Source: Marsupella aquatica
Taxonomy: Eukaryota; Plantae; Marchantiophyta
NCBI GenBank assembly: GCA_973895155.1
Contig: OZ316895.1
Span: forward strand, 20,846,803-20,910,802
Length of the DNA stretch: 64,000 bases
Direction: 5' to 3'
Shown: one piece after another, positions 61,477 through 64,000 of the stretch
Layout: the number at the start of each line of letters is the position of its first letter
How positions within the stretch are numbered: position 1 is the stretch's first letter
Made by a program: the position numbers and the translations under genes
The notes under the pieces: model-generated
Databases searched by the model: none
Told to the model about the DNA's origin: nothing
Seen by the model: the letters and a program-made list of their open reading frames with translations, nothing else

Positions 61477-62359
61477 CAAGGAGGAGATGGCGGAACACAA
61501 AAACCCGATTAGCTTCTTATTAGAGCATCGGAGTGTGTTTTCTTAATTGATGCTAGGGTGTGTGTTTTCTTAACTGATGCTAGGGTTTTAGTGTTTAGTT
61601 CAGTCTCATTTTCAACTTCTCTAATTCTCTAATATTTATCAAGATAATATATGAAATCCAATAAACTTTTCAATTTCTCTAACATTTACCCAGGTAACTT
61701 AAGAAACACTTTGGCTACTATGGATAAAGAATTAACAAGCAAAGGTAACAAACACCACGACTATTACATGTAGAGGAATACCAAGTGACTTTAAGACCTT
61801 TTCAACTAATATGGAGGAAATAATATTTGCATGAACTATAGGGAATGTTAATGGTATTGTGTAGACATAGAGATATTAAGGGAAACGTTTTGCATGGAAA
61901 ATTACCCTCCATATTACCATGAATGTACTTCAATTTGTTTTCAATGAAATTGTCCTAACTATTGTACCTTTAAAATTCACTTCATTCAAAATCGTCATTT
62001 AATCTTTATCATCTATCTATCTATTCCAATGTGCAACTCTTCATGGCTCCAAATAGTTCATTAAACAAGCTTATTTAATCAACCGGTCTTCAAATTAATT
62101 ATTGGAGTACCATTTGTTTGTGGGTTAAGAAGGTACTATATTTTTTGTGGATTAAGAAAATTAACTCAGGTTAACTCCTTCACATTGATTCAATGAATAT
62201 CATCACATCCACGGCCTAAGTCTCCCTCAGGGTAACTTTGACCACCTTTGGGGTTAGTTGACGAAGGGGTGGGTCAGGTGGTCCTGTCCTCCCATCCTAC
62301 GCCTAGCCTAGCCTCTGTCTAGAGCCGGCCTGTCACTTTCCCAAATTAATTCTCCTGCT

Positions 62360-62780
62360 AAGAGTGGTCAAAGCCCGGTTTGACCTTGCCCGTCAAACTG
62401 GGTGCTGGAGGCCGTCATACCGTCACACCATCATCCCGGTTGCCCGGGTACGGGTGGCAGGGTCGGGCCGGGAGTTAAAAGTGTTTGGGCCGGGTTCGGG
62501 TGGGCTGGGCGGGGTCCAGGCAGGTCTGGGCGGGTTCAGTTGGGCCGACGTCCGGGCTGGGTTAGGTTGGGTTGAGTTTGGTTGGGTCGGGGTTGGGTCC
62601 AGGGAAGTCCACGGCGGGTTTGGGTGGGTCCGGGCTGGGGTTCGGGCTGGGTCAAGCCGGGGTCTGGGGGAATCTGATGGAGTATATGTCAAATTGCACG
62701 TTTTTTGGCTGTCATTTGATGGTTTTACGTGCCCGGTAAGCCGTCAACTTGCCCGTTAGGTTAAACCTGGGGTCAAAGTC
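62360..62780. mobile_element. G-rich GGGTCGGG/CGGG array, possible non-autonomous DNA transposon end
   Basis: Strand-skewed GGGTCGGG/GGGTTGGG/CGGG motifs resembling hAT/MITE subterminal repeats; termini and TSD not established. Confidence 0.35.
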
Positions 62781-64000
62781 ATTTTGAGGGAGACTGACGC
62801 TGCTCAATTACAAATCTGGATGCAATGATGACCATTGGATCTGAAGAAGCTAACCCAAGTTTATTTTCCTAACCCACAAACTAAAACAATGGCGTTGTGA
62901 TATATCAAAAAAATTCACTAGCAAGATGTATTATACCAAAAAAGAATGACAACATAGTAAATCCAGTTTCTTAATGCCCTTATTGGCTTTTCCCTTTCTA
63001 AGTTTTGGCATACTATTGGAGAAGAATGCACCATCAAGATTTAGATCACATTTTTAGTAAGATTCTCTTCTACTCTTACTGAGATTAATAATAAATAAAT
63101 AAATATCTCTCTATCCTTTTAAGTGTATTAAGGTCAGGTTTCTAGAACATTCCCGCAATATTGCCCTGTTCGAAAACACTGGTGGATGGGCTTTAAATGC
63201 CTTTTGTGATTTTCACTTTCTAATTTTCAGTACATTAATTTGGAGAAAAGGGCACTTCTAGATTTGAATCCACTCTTTAGGAACATTCTCCTTACTTTAA
63301 TAATTAATCTCCCAAGCTTTTAAGTGTATTAAGGTCATGTTTCCAAAAAGTTGTGAACAATAATAGCCCCTCAAAATTAGTATTGTAAAGAATTATGTGA
63401 TTTTCTCTTGTATTTTTGAGCGCATCAATTCTCCAAATAGCCTCTTTTTTTTTAAAAGTGGATTATACAAAAACGTAAAGGTAGGAAAGGTAAAACCTAA
63501 GTATAGTTTTACCATATGAAACAAAATAACAAATTGTATCAAAGATAAAAAGATTTGTTTTATAACTTGTTTCATGTTTTTTACCAATTGCATATCAACC
63601 ATTCTTACACGGCCATTTAACTTGAATCTTTTACTTCATACATTCAGTTTTCTTCAAATTTTTACGCTAATATTTGTCCTAGTTACAAGCATTATGAGAG
63701 TAATGTACTTCACAACTCAGGCTATGCCCTCGTCTTTGGGTGCATTATGTCTCATAATGCCTATTCATAGAGAGTGACAGGTTGGGCGTAGAAAAAGCGC
63801 ACAACTGCACCTTTAGATCCATCTCATAGTTAAGAAAAAAACCATTAAAATCCAATGGTTATGGAGGCTTTTGGCAACTACATTTCATGAACAGACCATA
63901 GAAAGAAAGAGCAAGATTGCGGTGATTCTTCTTTGATGGGTCACTTCTAAAATAATCGAACAGGACCATTGAGTGCAGCAACAGATGAACAGAAAATTCT

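Noticed and set aside
62364-62759. Gly-rich and Pro-rich (extensin-like) ORFs
   Set aside because: Artefacts of the GGGTC-type low-complexity array.

Overview
Eukaryotic genomic DNA, most likely a non-seed land plant such as a bryophyte (inferred from GT-AG introns, plant gene families, Ty3/copia LTR debris and a Replitron-type element). Host genes, all on the minus strand: two intronless paralogous AIG1/IAN(GIMAP)-like GTPases (0.6-2.1 kb and 44.2-45.8 kb), a two-exon DUF247-like gene (28.8-31.8 kb), a membrane-anchored TPR protein (49.0-49.7 kb) and a multi-exon RIK-like KH-domain gene (54.8-61.1 kb). The 3.9-27.3 kb block is mobile DNA: a minisatellite, a copia-type solo LTR with TSD, a pol-less Ty3/gypsy (Tat/Athila-like) remnant with an extra coiled-coil ORF beyond its PBS-adjacent LTR, a foldback segment, and an apparently intact ~5.7 kb element encoding a helicase-less Y1 HUH endonuclease between identical 37-bp direct repeats (Replitron-like). 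The two most notable observations are this HUH element with its repeat architecture and the conserved pseudoGTPase+GTPase tandem architecture of the two AIG1-like paralogues. All family calls rest on motifs read by eye; no database search was run.
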